Source of the DNA: an uncultured Gammaproteobacteria bacterium
GTDB taxonomy: Bacteria; Actinomycetota; Acidimicrobiia; Spongiisociales; SHLN01
Direction: 5' to 3'
Assembly: GCA_964195905.1 (NCBI GenBank)
Contig: CAXMQV010000013.1
Span: 3,482 to 67,481 of the forward strand
Length of the DNA: 64,000 bases
Part shown: in pieces, positions 36,228-46,028 of the stretch
How the letters are laid out: every line of letters starts with the position of its first letter
Position numbering within the stretch: position 1 is the first letter of the stretch
Program-made: the position numbers and the translations under genes
Notes under the pieces: generated by a model
The model's database searches: none
What the model was told of the DNA's origin: nothing
Seen by the model: only the letters and a program-made list of their open reading frames with translations

Positions 36228-37531
36228 GAACACTCGTGATCGGGGCCGGGATCAGCGGACGGGCCGCCGCCCGCCTGGCAGGAATCATGGGCGACGAGAT
36301 CATCGTCTTCGATCGCCGGCCTGCGATGGTGGCCGACCTGGCCGGGAGCGTTTCCACTGCTGCGGGCGACTGGTCGCCGGATCTCCTCGAGCGGGTCGAT
36401 CGCTTGATCGTGAGCCCTGGCGTACCCGAGCACGCACCCGAGATCCGCGATGCCCTTGCTGCCGGGATCCCGGTCGTCTCGGAAATCGAGTTGGCTGCCG
36501 TGGTGAGTACCGCACCGATTGTGGCCGTGACCGGGACCAATGGGAAGACCACCGTGACCGCACTCATCGCCGACATGCTGGTTGCGTCCGGTCAGAACGC
36601 CGTCGCCACGGGCAACATCGGCACGGCGTTCTCCGACGTAGCTACCGAATCGCTGGATGTGGTGGTGGTCGAGGTATCGAGCTTCCAACTCCGGTTCATC
36701 GATCGCTTCCATCCCCGGGTGGCCGTGCTCCTCAACATTGCCGAGGACCACCTCGACTGGCATGGGACACTGGCGGCGTACGCGGCTGCCAAGTCGAACA
36801 TCTACCGAAACCAGGACGCCGGAGACTTGCTCATCTACGACATCGACGACCCCGGCGCGGCCCGTGCGGTGACGGGGGCGGGCTCACGCCTCGTCCCGGT
36901 TTCGGGGACCCGGGTTCCCGACGGGGGAGCCGGACCGGACGGACCGACGCTCATAACTCCCGCAGGATCGGTCCCGCTTGGCGAGGTCCAGGCGCCATCC
37001 TTCGTGGTCGATCTCGCCGCGGCCGCGGTTGCCGCCCTCGAGATGAACGCCGGGTTGGACGGCGTTGGCTCGGTCGTGTCGGGCTTTGAGCCGGGACCGC
37101 ATCGCCGGGAGGTGGTTGGCGAGTGGGGTGGGGTGACCTGGATCAATGATTCAAAGGCGACCAATCCCCACGCGGCGCTGGCGGCTACCGCCGCCTATCC
37201 CTCCGTGGTGCTCATTGCCGGCGGCCGCAACAAAGGCCTCGACCTCACGCCGCTCGTCGAGGCGCCGACCGTCAAGCACGTGATAGCCATGGGAGAAGCG
37301 CGCCACGCTCTCATGGCAGCCTCTCGCCTACCAGGGCGGGCGACCGCGGTGGACTCTCTCGCCGAGGCCGTAGCGGTGGCCGGCTCGGTTGCCAGGCCGG
37401 GCGATACGGTCCTGTTGGCGCCCGGTTGTGCCAGCTTCGACATGTTCTACTCGTACGGAGAGCGCGGCGACGCCTTCACCGAGGCCGTCGTCCGTCACAA
37501 CACCGAACGCGACCATTCGGTGACGCCATGA
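36224..37531 (+). CDS. murD: UDP-MurNAc-L-Ala:D-Glu ligase
   Basis: GTNGKTT, EVSSFQL, NDSKATN, PGCASFD. Confidence 0.96.
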   Translation: MRTLVIGAGISGRAAARLAGIMGDEIIVFDRRPAMVADLAGSVSTAAGDWSPDLLERVDRLIVSPGVPEHAPEIRDALAAGIPVVSEIELAAVVSTAPIVAVTGTNGKTTVTALIADMLVASGQNAVATGNIGTAFSDVATESLDVVVVEVSSFQLRFIDRFHPRVAVLLNIAEDHLDWHGTLAAYAAAKSNIYRNQDAGDLLIYDIDDPGAARAVTGAGSRLVPVSGTRVPDGGAGPDGPTLITPAGSVPLGEVQAPSFVVDLAAAAVAALEMNAGLDGVGSVVSGFEPGPHRREVVGEWGGVTWINDSKATNPHAALAATAAYPSVVLIAGGRNKGLDLTPLVEAPTVKHVIAMGEARHALMAASRLPGRATAVDSLAEAVAVAGSVARPGDTVLLAPGCASFDMFYSYGERGDAFTEAVVRHNTERDHSVTP

Positions 37532-38697
37532 CGGCCAAGATCACCTCGATCGTCGGCACCCGGAGCCGGGCCAGACGGCGCGACACCGAACTGGTGGTAA
37601 CCCGCCGGGTCGTCACCCTTTTGCTCGTCCCGATGGTGGTACTGCTCATCGTCGGCCTCGGGGCGATCCTCTCGGCCAGCTCGGTTCCCGCCCTGGCCGA
37701 CCACGAGGACTCGCTCTACTACTTCCGACGCCAGATGATGTGGGCGGTGGCGGGATCGGTTGCCCTCGTCATTGCGTCCCGGGTGCCCTACGACCTCTAT
37801 CGCCGGACGGCGCCGGTCATCCTGGCGGGTTCGGCGCTCAGCCTGGTTGCGGTCCTCCTGTTCGGGGTGGTGCGGGGCGGGAGCCGCTCGTGGCTCGTGT
37901 TTGGCCCCGTGACGGTGCAGCCCTCTGAGTTCGCCAAGTTCGCGGTGGTCGTATTTCTGTCCATGGTCATGGCTCGCAAGCGGGAGCTGCTCATGGACTT
38001 CGCCCATTTCTTCTGGCCGGTTGCCGCCAGTCTCGGGTTGATCGGTGGGCTCACGATTCTCCAGCCTGATCTCGGTACCACGATCATTATTGCGGCCGGC
38101 GCCCTCGCCGTTCTAGTGGCCTCCGAGGCTCCCTTTCGATTCGTGGCCGGCTCGGCGGCCGGGGGCGGACTGGCCGCCCTGTTGCTCGCCATGGCTGCCG
38201 ACTACCGGTGGGAACGCGTTACCGGCTTCCTCGACCCATTTGCGGATCCACTTGGGACCGGCTTCCAGGGCGTGCAGTCTTTGTTTGCCCTCGGGACCGG
38301 CGGATTCTTTGGGGTCGGCCTCGGTGCCAGCCGGGCCCGGTGGGAATTCCTCCCGAATGCGCACACCGATTTCATCTACGCCATCATCGGGGAGGAGACC
38401 GGCCTCATCGGTGCCGGCGCCGTCCTCTTGCTGCTGGCGGTATTCACGCTCGCCGGCGTGACGGTAGCCATGCGCGCCCGCGACGACTTCGGGCGCATGC
38501 TGGCCACGGGAATCGTCGCCTGGCTCGCCATCCAATCGATTGTGAATCTCGGGGGCGTGACCGCCATTCTCCCGATCACGGGCTTGCCGCTGCCATTTGT
38601 GTCCTTCGGCGGCAGCGCCCTGGTCGTCGAGATGGCGGCAGTAGGCGTGCTTGTCAACATCGCCCGCCGGGGGGACCCCCGGCGCGCCAGGGCATGA
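37528..38697 (+). CDS. ftsW: SEDS peptidoglycan polymerase FtsW
   Basis: QPSEFAK, QPDLGT, LPNAHTDFI, LPFVSFGGS. Confidence 0.96.
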   Translation: MTAKITSIVGTRSRARRRDTELVVTRRVVTLLLVPMVVLLIVGLGAILSASSVPALADHEDSLYYFRRQMMWAVAGSVALVIASRVPYDLYRRTAPVILAGSALSLVAVLLFGVVRGGSRSWLVFGPVTVQPSEFAKFAVVVFLSMVMARKRELLMDFAHFFWPVAASLGLIGGLTILQPDLGTTIIIAAGALAVLVASEAPFRFVAGSAAGGGLAALLLAMAADYRWERVTGFLDPFADPLGTGFQGVQSLFALGTGGFFGVGLGASRARWEFLPNAHTDFIYAIIGEETGLIGAGAVLLLLAVFTLAGVTVAMRARDDFGRMLATGIVAWLAIQSIVNLGGVTAILPITGLPLPFVSFGGSALVVEMAAVGVLVNIARRGDPRRARA

Positions 38698-39755
38698 CCA
38701 TTGCGATAGCCGCCGCCGGCACGGGCGGGCATGTGTTTCCCGCTCTGGCGGTAGCCGAAGCGCTCGTGCGTCTCGGAACTTCACCGGAAGAAATCGTGTT
38801 CTTTGGAGGCAATCGCATCGAGGCGAAAGCAGTTCCGGAAGCAGGATTCGAGTTGGTGACAGTGGACGTGCGTGGCCTTGTTCGCAAGTTGAGTTTCGAC
38901 AACGTCCGGGTGATGGTCGGTGCTCTCACGGCAGCCCGCAAGCTTCGGGGCGAGATACGGGCTCGGGACGTAACAGCCCTGCTTGCCATGGGTGGATATG
39001 TCACCGGACCGGCCGCTCTGGCAGCCCGACTGGCCGGCGTGCCGCTGTTCCTTCACGAGCAGAATGCGGTTCCCGGGCTTGCCAATCGGTGGGCCGCCCG
39101 GCTCGCCCGGCGCGTGTTCGTGGCCTTCCCGGCTGCGGCGACCGTGCTCCGGCGCGCCGAGACGGTGGGCAACCCCTTGCGTTCGGCGCTCCTCGCCGAA
39201 CCTCCAGGGCCGGCATCGGCTCGCAGCCGCTACGGTTTGAATCTCAACCGACCGGTGATCGGCGTTCTCGGGGGCAGCCAGGGGGCCGATGCGCTCAACC
39301 GGGCCGCCGGTGGGCTCGTCGAGGCGGGATATCAGGTCCTTCATCTGGCAGGCCCCGACCAGCACGAACGCTGGACCGAGTTGGCGCAGGACAGCGCCGA
39401 TTGGACGGTTATCCCGTTTGAAGCCGAGATGCGGTTCTTCTATGCGGCCGTCGATCTCGTGGTGGCGAGGGCAGGTGCCCTTACGGTGAGTGAGCTGGCA
39501 GCGACCGGTACCCCTTCGATTCTCGTGCCCTATCCGGGGGCGGCCGGCCACCAGGATGCCAATGCCGCCTACCTGGCCGAGGCGGGGGGCGCCCTCGTTC
39601 TTCCCCAGCCCGAGCTGGCCCACCTCGGCGCCCACGTTGCCGCAGCCCTGACTCCGGCCGAGCTCAAACGACGCCGATCGGCGGCCATGGCGCTGGGTCG
39701 TCCAGACGCGGCCGCCTATATCGCCGCCCAGCTCAGGGAGGTCGCCGGTGCTTGA
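38694..39755 (+). CDS. murG: Lipid II GlcNAc transferase
   Basis: GTGGHVFPA, GGYV, HEQN, GGSQGA, RAGALT. Confidence 0.96.
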   Translation: MTIAIAAAGTGGHVFPALAVAEALVRLGTSPEEIVFFGGNRIEAKAVPEAGFELVTVDVRGLVRKLSFDNVRVMVGALTAARKLRGEIRARDVTALLAMGGYVTGPAALAARLAGVPLFLHEQNAVPGLANRWAARLARRVFVAFPAAATVLRRAETVGNPLRSALLAEPPGPASARSRYGLNLNRPVIGVLGGSQGADALNRAAGGLVEAGYQVLHLAGPDQHERWTELAQDSADWTVIPFEAEMRFFYAAVDLVVARAGALTVSELAATGTPSILVPYPGAAGHQDANAAYLAEAGGALVLPQPELAHLGAHVAAALTPAELKRRRSAAMALGRPDAAAYIAAQLREVAGA

Positions 39756-41103
39756 GCTTCCCGATCGCATCCACATCGTCGGGGTAGGGGGATCAGGCAT
39801 GAGCGGGCTCGCCAAGCTCCTCGCCCAGTCGGGACGCACGGTGACCGGGTCCGACCTGCGCCCCAACCCGAGTTTCGGGGAGCTTCGTGATCTCGGAGTC
39901 GAGGTGTGGGATGGTCATCGCCCCGAAGCGATGGGAGCCGCCACGCTGGTTGTGGCCTCCTCAGCCATCCCGGACAATGATCCAGAAGTGGCCGACGCCA
40001 GGTCGAGGTCGGTACCGGTGTGGAAGCGTCCGGATCTGCTGGACGCCATCACCACTGACATGCCCGCCATCGGCCTGGCCGGAACCCATGGCAAGACCAC
40101 GAGCACCGGGTTGGCGGTGACCGGTCTGCGGGCCATGGGTCGGGATCCGAGCTTTCTGGTAGGCGGGAGAATGCTCGGTTTGGGGACGAGTGCCCACCTC
40201 GGTGAGTCCGATCTCTTTGTCCTTGAAGCCGACGAAGCGTTCGGAACATTCCAGCGCCTCCACCTGCGCGGGCTGCTCGTCACCAACATCGAGGCCGATC
40301 ACCTCGATCACTACGAAACTCTCGATCGCCTGGCGGCCGCCTTCGAGGAGGTCGCCCGGGCGACCCGTGGCCCGGTGGTGGCCTGTGCCGATGATGACGG
40401 GTCGCGCCGGCTGGCCGAGGCGGTTGGGGCGGTCACTTATGGGACCGGGCCGGGGGTTGATTGGCAGATCCGAGAGCTGGAATTGCGTGGAGGCACGGTT
40501 CGTTTTGTGCTGCATGGCCACGGTGATGGGGTGCCGGTCGAGGTCCCTCGACCGGGCAAACACGTTGCCCTCAACGCAGCCGGAGTGCTCGCACTCCTCG
40601 CCGAAATTGGTTTCGCTCCCGCGGCAGTGGCCGCCGGGTTCGGTGAGTTCCGGGGTATCCGGCGGAGGTTCGAGTCCCGCGGCCGCATCAACGGGGTTTC
40701 CGTCATTGACGACTATGCCCACCACCCGACCGAGATCGCCGCCACTGTGGCTGCCGCCCGTGCCCAGCACGACGGAAGGGTCATCGCAGCATTCCAGCCC
40801 CACCGCTACAGCCGCACCGAGGAGCACCGGGAGGCCTTTGGCCCTGCCCTGGCCGGCGCCGACGTAGTGGTGGTCACCGACGTATACGCGGCGGGGGAGA
40901 ACCCGATTCCCGGCATCACGGGTGCGCTGGTAGCTGAGGCGGCCCGGGCCAGCGGAGCCGAGACCATCTACGTGCCGCTTCGTTCCGAGCTGGCTGCCGC
41001 CGTCGCCGCCATCCTCCAACCCGATGATCTGCTGCTCACGCTCGGGGCCGGCGACATCACCGGCCTCGCCACCGAACTCATCGGGATGCGGGAGGGCTCG
41101 TGA
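39748..41103 (+). CDS. murC: UDP-MurNAc:L-Ala ligase
   Basis: GVGGSGMS, GTHGKTTS, EADE, DDYAHHPTE. Confidence 0.96.
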   Translation: MLELPDRIHIVGVGGSGMSGLAKLLAQSGRTVTGSDLRPNPSFGELRDLGVEVWDGHRPEAMGAATLVVASSAIPDNDPEVADARSRSVPVWKRPDLLDAITTDMPAIGLAGTHGKTTSTGLAVTGLRAMGRDPSFLVGGRMLGLGTSAHLGESDLFVLEADEAFGTFQRLHLRGLLVTNIEADHLDHYETLDRLAAAFEEVARATRGPVVACADDDGSRRLAEAVGAVTYGTGPGVDWQIRELELRGGTVRFVLHGHGDGVPVEVPRPGKHVALNAAGVLALLAEIGFAPAAVAAGFGEFRGIRRRFESRGRINGVSVIDDYAHHPTEIAATVAAARAQHDGRVIAAFQPHRYSRTEEHREAFGPALAGADVVVVTDVYAAGENPIPGITGALVAEAARASGAETIYVPLRSELAAAVAAILQPDDLLLTLGAGDITGLATELIGMREGS

Positions 41104-42002
41104 GCCTGTTCGAGGATCTCATCGAGCAGGGCCGGATGTTCCGTGATGTACACCTCGGGTCGCTCACCACCTACAAACTGGGCGGACCGGCCCGGTTCTA
41201 TTTTGAGATCCGTTCCGAGGATGACCTCGGGATGCTGGCCGACGCCTTGCGAAACGAGCCCCAACCGGTGCTCGTCGTCGGCCGTGGGAGCAATCTCGTC
41301 ATTTCCGACCGGGGATGGCCCGGCCTGGCAATTCGGTTCGGTTTCGAGTTCACAGCTATCGGAATCGGGCCCGAATCCCTCGTGACCGCCGGAGCCGCAA
41401 CGACGCTTCCCCGGCTGGCCCGGGAGACCGCTAATCGCGGACGCGGTGGGCTCGAGTTCTACGTTGGCATCCCCGGCTCGGTCGGTGGAGCCATCCGGAC
41501 CAATGCCGGCGGGCACGGGAGCGAGACGGCCGATTGGCTCCATTCGGCCAGGGTCTTTGATCTCGAAAAGGCCCGATTCAGCACCCTCGGGGTCGAAGAA
41601 CTCAACTTCAGCTACAGGTCAAGCTCTATCCGTTCGACCGATCTTGTCGTTTCTGCCGAGTACCGCACCGAGCCGGTTGAGGTGGCGCAGGCTCAGGAGA
41701 CGCTGCGAGAGATCACTCGCTGGCGGCGGGTTCATCAACCCGGCGGCACGCTCAATGCCGGGAGCGTCTTTCGGAACCCCGAGGGCGATTCGGCCGGCCG
41801 GCTGATCGACGACCTCGGGCTCAAGGGACTCCGAATCGGGGGAGCAGCGGTATCGATGAAACATGCCAACTTCTTTGAGGCCGATCCGGAGGCGACGGCC
41901 CAGGACGTCCATGACCTCGTTGCCGAGGTTCGCCGACGGGTTCACGAAGAGGCCGGGGTTGAATTGATCCCCGAAATACAGTTCGCCGGATCCTTCGAAT
42001 GA
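41100..42002 (+). CDS. murB: UDP-GlcNAc enolpyruvate reductase
   Basis: GRGSN, GIPGSVGG, NAG, GSVFRNP, HANF. Confidence 0.96.
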   Translation: MSLFEDLIEQGRMFRDVHLGSLTTYKLGGPARFYFEIRSEDDLGMLADALRNEPQPVLVVGRGSNLVISDRGWPGLAIRFGFEFTAIGIGPESLVTAGAATTLPRLARETANRGRGGLEFYVGIPGSVGGAIRTNAGGHGSETADWLHSARVFDLEKARFSTLGVEELNFSYRSSSIRSTDLVVSAEYRTEPVEVAQAQETLREITRWRRVHQPGGTLNAGSVFRNPEGDSAGRLIDDLGLKGLRIGGAAVSMKHANFFEADPEATAQDVHDLVAEVRRRVHEEAGVELIPEIQFAGSFE

Positions 42003-42781
42003 GTGTTCAAGCTCATCCCCGCTTTCTGCGCCGTCGCACCAATGTTCGCGAGCACCGGGCCCGTCGCCACGTTCGCCGCGCTCTCTCGATCTTGTTCCTT
42101 GTCGCCGGCGTGTGGGCCCTCATCTGGGTCGCTCAGTCCCCGCTGTTCTCGGTGACGAGCATTGAGATCGATGGTTCCGAGCGGGCGAGCGTTGGCGCGG
42201 TGTTGGAGGCCGAAAACGTCTATCCGGGGCGGCCACTCATCCTCATTCGAACCGGGGCCGTCGAGGCGGCGCTCCTCGCCGACCCGTGGGTCAAGGAAGC
42301 ATCCGTCCATCGCCGGTTCCCCGATCGGGTCGAGATCGAGGTAGAGGAACGATATGAGGTTGCGGTCGTGCCGGCCACCGATGGTTGGAAGACGGTTTCC
42401 GATGACGGTCACATCATGAGGTCGGTTCCCGCCCCTCCGGTCGGTCTGGCGGTGGTCGGGCCCGGAGTAGCGTTTGCTGCGCCGGGCGGCGAGACCGTTT
42501 CGACGACGATGATGGGTGTTGTTGAGTTCCTGGCCGCCCTTCCATCAGAGATCGCTGCTACCACCTCCATCAGGCAGGCAGGCGACGAGCTCATGGCAGA
42601 GGTGGGAGCCCACCGGATCCGTCTCGGGGATCCCACCAACATGGCGGCCAAGGCCGTCGCCCTCACAGCGCTGCTGGACGATGAGCGGGTCGCCGCCAAT
42701 GCGGTGATCGATCTCATCGCACCCACCCGGCCGGCCGTCAGCGATCCGCCCGTCGTGGAATCGGCCGTCGCCACTCCGTGA
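41999..42781 (+). CDS. ftsQ: Cell division protein FtsQ/DivIB
   Basis: TM plus POTRA (PWVKEASVHRRFPDRVEIEVEER); lies before ftsZ. Confidence 0.9.
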   Translation: MSVQAHPRFLRRRTNVREHRARRHVRRALSILFLVAGVWALIWVAQSPLFSVTSIEIDGSERASVGAVLEAENVYPGRPLILIRTGAVEAALLADPWVKEASVHRRFPDRVEIEVEERYEVAVVPATDGWKTVSDDGHIMRSVPAPPVGLAVVGPGVAFAAPGGETVSTTMMGVVEFLAALPSEIAATTSIRQAGDELMAEVGAHRIRLGDPTNMAAKAVALTALLDDERVAANAVIDLIAPTRPAVSDPPVVESAVATP

Positions 42782-42790
42782 TTGAGGCGA

Positions 42791-42816
42791 CTCTAACCCT
42801 CTAGTAGAGGTCAAGC
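42791..42816 (+). promoter_or_regulatory. Candidate FtsR (Rv1828-type MerR) box upstream of ftsZ
   Basis: CTCTAACCCTCTAGTAGAGGTCAAG with the inverted repeat CCTCTA-G-TAGAGG; resembles the actinobacterial ftsZ FtsR site as recalled. Confidence 0.6.
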
Positions 42817-42877
42817 GATAGCCCCTTGAGCTGGCCGGATAACCCGGTAAAGTCGCTGGCAACACGCGGAGGGAACC

Positions 42878-43912
42878 ATGACAAGCAAGCAGTCGAGTCC
42901 ACACAATTACCTGGCCGTTATCAAGGTCGTCGGAATCGGCGGCGGCGGGGTGAACGCAATCAACCGAATGATCGATGCCGGGCTTCGGGGTGTCGAGTTC
43001 ATCGCCGTCAACACCGACGCCCAGGCGCTCCTGATGAGCGATGCCGACATCAAGCTCGACATCGGACGGGATATCACCCGTGGTCTCGGGTCCGGCGCCA
43101 ACCCGGAGATCGGCCGGGCTTCGGCAGAAGCTCACACCGATGAGATCGAGGACGCCCTCAAGGGTGCCGACATGGTGTTCCTCACCGCGGGCGAAGGTGG
43201 CGGGACCGGCACCGGCGGGGCTCCGGTCGTCGCAGAGATTGCTCGCGGCCTCGGTGCGCTCACTGTTGGAGTGGTCACCCGCCCGTTCGGGTTCGAAGGG
43301 CGCCGCCGCTCGGTGCAAGCCGAGCAGGGCATTCAGGATCTCAAGGAAGCCGTCGACACGCTCATCATCATCCCGAACGAGCGACTCATCGAAGTCTCAG
43401 ACGAGAAGACGAGCGTTCTCGAGGCGTTCCGGCTGGCCGACGACGTTCTCTTGCAGGGAGTGTCGGGAATCACCGAGCTGATCACCACCCCGGGCCTCAT
43501 CAACGTCGACTTCGCCGATGTGAAGTCGGTGATGCAGGATGCGGGCTCGGCAGTCATGGGTATCGGAGCTTCGGCCGGCGAGGGCCGGGCGGAGAAGTCA
43601 GCCATGCGGGCGGTCGAGAGCCCGCTGCTGGAAATCTCGATGGATGGAGCAACCGGCGTGCTGCTCTCTATCGCCGGCCCGGCCGACATGACGCTGTACG
43701 AGGTCAACACGGCGGCCGGCGTCATCGCCGCTCGCTGCGCCGCCGATGCCAACATCATTTTCGGCGCAGTCGTTGATGACTCACTCGGCGACGAGATGCG
43801 AGTCACGGTCGTCGCCGCCGGTTTTGAAGCCAAGCGCGGTTACCTCCCGTTGGAGTCGTCGGACTTCTCATCGTCCGACGATGAGCTGATTCCTTCGTTC
43901 GTCAAGGGGTAG
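42878..43912 (+). CDS. ftsZ: Cell division protein FtsZ
   Basis: [23 protein letters not shown]-terminal IPSF peptide. Confidence 0.98.
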   Translation: MTSKQSSPHNYLAVIKVVGIGGGGVNAINRMIDAGLRGVEFIAVNTDAQALLMSDADIKLDIGRDITRGLGSGANPEIGRASAEAHTDEIEDALKGADMVFLTAGEGGGTGTGGAPVVAEIARGLGALTVGVVTRPFGFEGRRRSVQAEQGIQDLKEAVDTLIIIPNERLIEVSDEKTSVLEAFRLADDVLLQGVSGITELITTPGLINVDFADVKSVMQDAGSAVMGIGASAGEGRAEKSAMRAVESPLLEISMDGATGVLLSIAGPADMTLYEVNTAAGVIAARCAADANIIFGAVVDDSLGDEMRVTVVAAGFEAKRGYLPLESSDFSSSDDELIPSFVKG

Positions 43913-43917
43913 GCGCC

Positions 43918-44535
43918 CTGATCACGACGCCGGCCTACCCGGGGGCCGCCTTCGGCAGGGTCGCCGACGGCGACCTCACCACACGCGCCCTGCGCCATGA
44001 GGCTGCCCGCCGGCTCGGGATCGCCGATGATTGGGCCTGGATGAATCAGGTCCACGGTGACATTGTCCTGGAGGTGACCGGCCCGGGGGCTGCCGGCGAC
44101 GCCGACGCCCTCGTGACCCGTGAGGTCGGCCTGCCTCTCGCGGTGAGAACCGCTGATTGCGTTCCGGTTGTCATCCACTCCGACACATCGGTGGCGGTGG
44201 TCCACGCCGGCTGGCGCGGACTGGCGGCGGGGATCGTGGAGCAGGCTCTCGAAGCCCTGGCTCAAGACGGTGGGTCGCCCCACCGCGCCGCGGTCGGCCC
44301 CTCGATTGGTCCGTGCTGCTACGAGGTAGGTCCCGAGGTCGTTGCCGCTCTTGGAGGAGGTGAGGCCATCACGAGCTGGGGGACCCGCAGCGTCGATCTC
44401 TGGGGCGAGACCGAGCGACGTCTCGGCGGAATCGAGGTTTGGCGAGCCGACCTGTGCACCTTCTGTGAGGTGCCCTTTCATAGCTATCGGGAGACCGGCA
44501 CCGATCTCCGCCAAACCACGGTTGGTTGGTTGTGA
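43918..44535 (+). CDS. pgeF: PgeF/YfiH laccase-domain (purine nucleoside phosphorylase-like) protein
   Basis: QVHG, TADCVP, HAGWRG, GPSIGPCCYEV, SYR; the frame is open from CTG 43918 (first ATG is 44041). Confidence 0.88.
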   Translation: MITTPAYPGAAFGRVADGDLTTRALRHEAARRLGIADDWAWMNQVHGDIVLEVTGPGAAGDADALVTREVGLPLAVRTADCVPVVIHSDTSVAVVHAGWRGLAAGIVEQALEALAQDGGSPHRAAVGPSIGPCCYEVGPEVVAALGGGEAITSWGTRSVDLWGETERRLGGIEVWRADLCTFCEVPFHSYRETGTDLRQTTVGWL

Positions 44536-45164
44536 GCCTGCTCGAGGTCGAGGATCGCGTCCGCCGGGTGTCGGAGGAGTGTGGCCGGCCATCCGATGAC
44601 GTCACCCTCGTCGTGGTGAGCAAGGGCCGATCGGTTGCCGCCATTCGGAGCCTTTACGACGCCGGCCACCGGGATTTTGGTGAGAACCGCGCCCAGGAGC
44701 TCGTTGCCAAGGCACCTGATCTGCCTTCCGACATACGGTGGCATTTCGTCGGTCCTCTCCAGCGCAACAAGGTCTCGGCGGTGCGTCCGCTTGTCGCCCG
44801 ATTGCACTCGCTTGATCGGGTGCGGCTGGCCCAATCGTGGGCGCGAGACGGCCAGGCGCCGCCGGCCCTGCTCGAGATCAACCTGGCGGCGGAACCGCAG
44901 AAACACGGGTTCAGACCCGAAGATGCTGCAGCTGCCGCCGGTGAGATTGTCGATCTCGGAGTGGACCTTCGAGGCGTGATGGCGATCCCACCTGCCGGTG
45001 AGCCGGCCGGCCCCTACTTCGAGCGGCTTGTTCGATTGCGCGACCAGCTGGCGGAGCAATACCCGCAGATCGATGAAGTTTCGGCGGGCATGACAGACGA
45101 TTTTGAGGAAGCGATTCGGGCGGGGGCCACCACGATACGTGTGGGACGGGCTATCTTTGAGTAA
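44532..45164 (+). CDS. yggS: PLP homeostasis protein YggS
   Basis: VVSK, FGENRAQE, WHFVGPLQRNK, GMTDD, RVGRAIF; GTGA overlap. Confidence 0.95.
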   Translation: MSLLEVEDRVRRVSEECGRPSDDVTLVVVSKGRSVAAIRSLYDAGHRDFGENRAQELVAKAPDLPSDIRWHFVGPLQRNKVSAVRPLVARLHSLDRVRLAQSWARDGQAPPALLEINLAAEPQKHGFRPEDAAAAAGEIVDLGVDLRGVMAIPPAGEPAGPYFERLVRLRDQLAEQYPQIDEVSAGMTDDFEEAIRAGATTIRVGRAIFE

Positions 45165-45179
45165 CGGGAGGTTGGCCGG

Positions 45180-45689
45180 ATGAGCTCAATCTGGAACAAA
45201 GCAATGTATTTCCTCGGTCTCGACGAAGAGTCGCGGGAGATCGAAGAGCGCCAGGTGGCCGATGTGGCAGGCGACGCGGTCGAACCGCCGCGCGGCCGAC
45301 GGGTCGAGCCACCGACCGGCGCTCGCTGGCGTCCAGCCAATACCGAAGCTCGGGTCGAGACCGTCGGGGTGAGCCAGGCAACTGCCGTTCGGCCGGTTCC
45401 CGGCCAAGAGGCGCGAGCCGAGATTGTTGTCGCAACCGACTTCTCCGACGCCCAACTGCTTGCCGATCACCTCAGGGTGCGGCGGGCGGTCGTGCTCGAC
45501 TTGCGCAGTACCGAGCCGGAAACCGTCCGGAGGCTCGTCGACTTCGCAAGCGGCATCACCTATGCACTCGAAGGATCGATGCAGAAGGTCGCCCAGGGCG
45601 TCATCCTGGTTGCCCCGGCCCGCACCACCCTCAGTGAGGACGAACTGCAACGCCTGTCCGAGCTCGGTCTCTACGAACTCGACTCTTGA
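45180..45689 (+). CDS. sepF: Cell division protein SepF
   Basis: N-terminal amphipathic KAMYFLGL; RRLVDFASGITYALEG. Confidence 0.93.
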   Translation: MSSIWNKAMYFLGLDEESREIEERQVADVAGDAVEPPRGRRVEPPTGARWRPANTEARVETVGVSQATAVRPVPGQEARAEIVVATDFSDAQLLADHLRVRRAVVLDLRSTEPETVRRLVDFASGITYALEGSMQKVAQGVILVAPARTTLSEDELQRLSELGLYELDS

Positions 45690-45709
45690 GGACCTGAGAG
45701 GATCCCTAC

Positions 45710-45970
45710 GTGAGAGGAATACTCGCCACCCTCGTTCTCGTGCTCATATTCGCGCTGATCGTGCGAATCATCCTCGATTGGGTGCAGGTGCCTGCCGGGC
45801 ACCCGGTTGGACGGCTGCGGACGGTGCTGGCGTCTGTGACCGATCCGCTCTTGCAGCCGCTCCGTCGCCTCATACCTCCAGTTCGGATGGGGGCGGTGGC
45901 CCTCGATGTGTCGGTGATCGTGCTCCTGGTGGCACTCAATATCTTGTACGGCGTTCTTCGGGGGACCTGA
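45710..45970 (+). CDS. yggT: YggT/SepG membrane protein
   Basis: TDPLLQPLRRLIPP...LDVS. Confidence 0.92.
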   Translation: MRGILATLVLVLIFALIVRIILDWVQVPAGHPVGRLRTVLASVTDPLLQPLRRLIPPVRMGAVALDVSVIVLLVALNILYGVLRGT

Positions 45971-46028
45971 CGCACCCGCAGGCCGACTCGCCTGGAAACC
46001 GCCCGCGCACCGTGGCTAAGCTGTCGCC

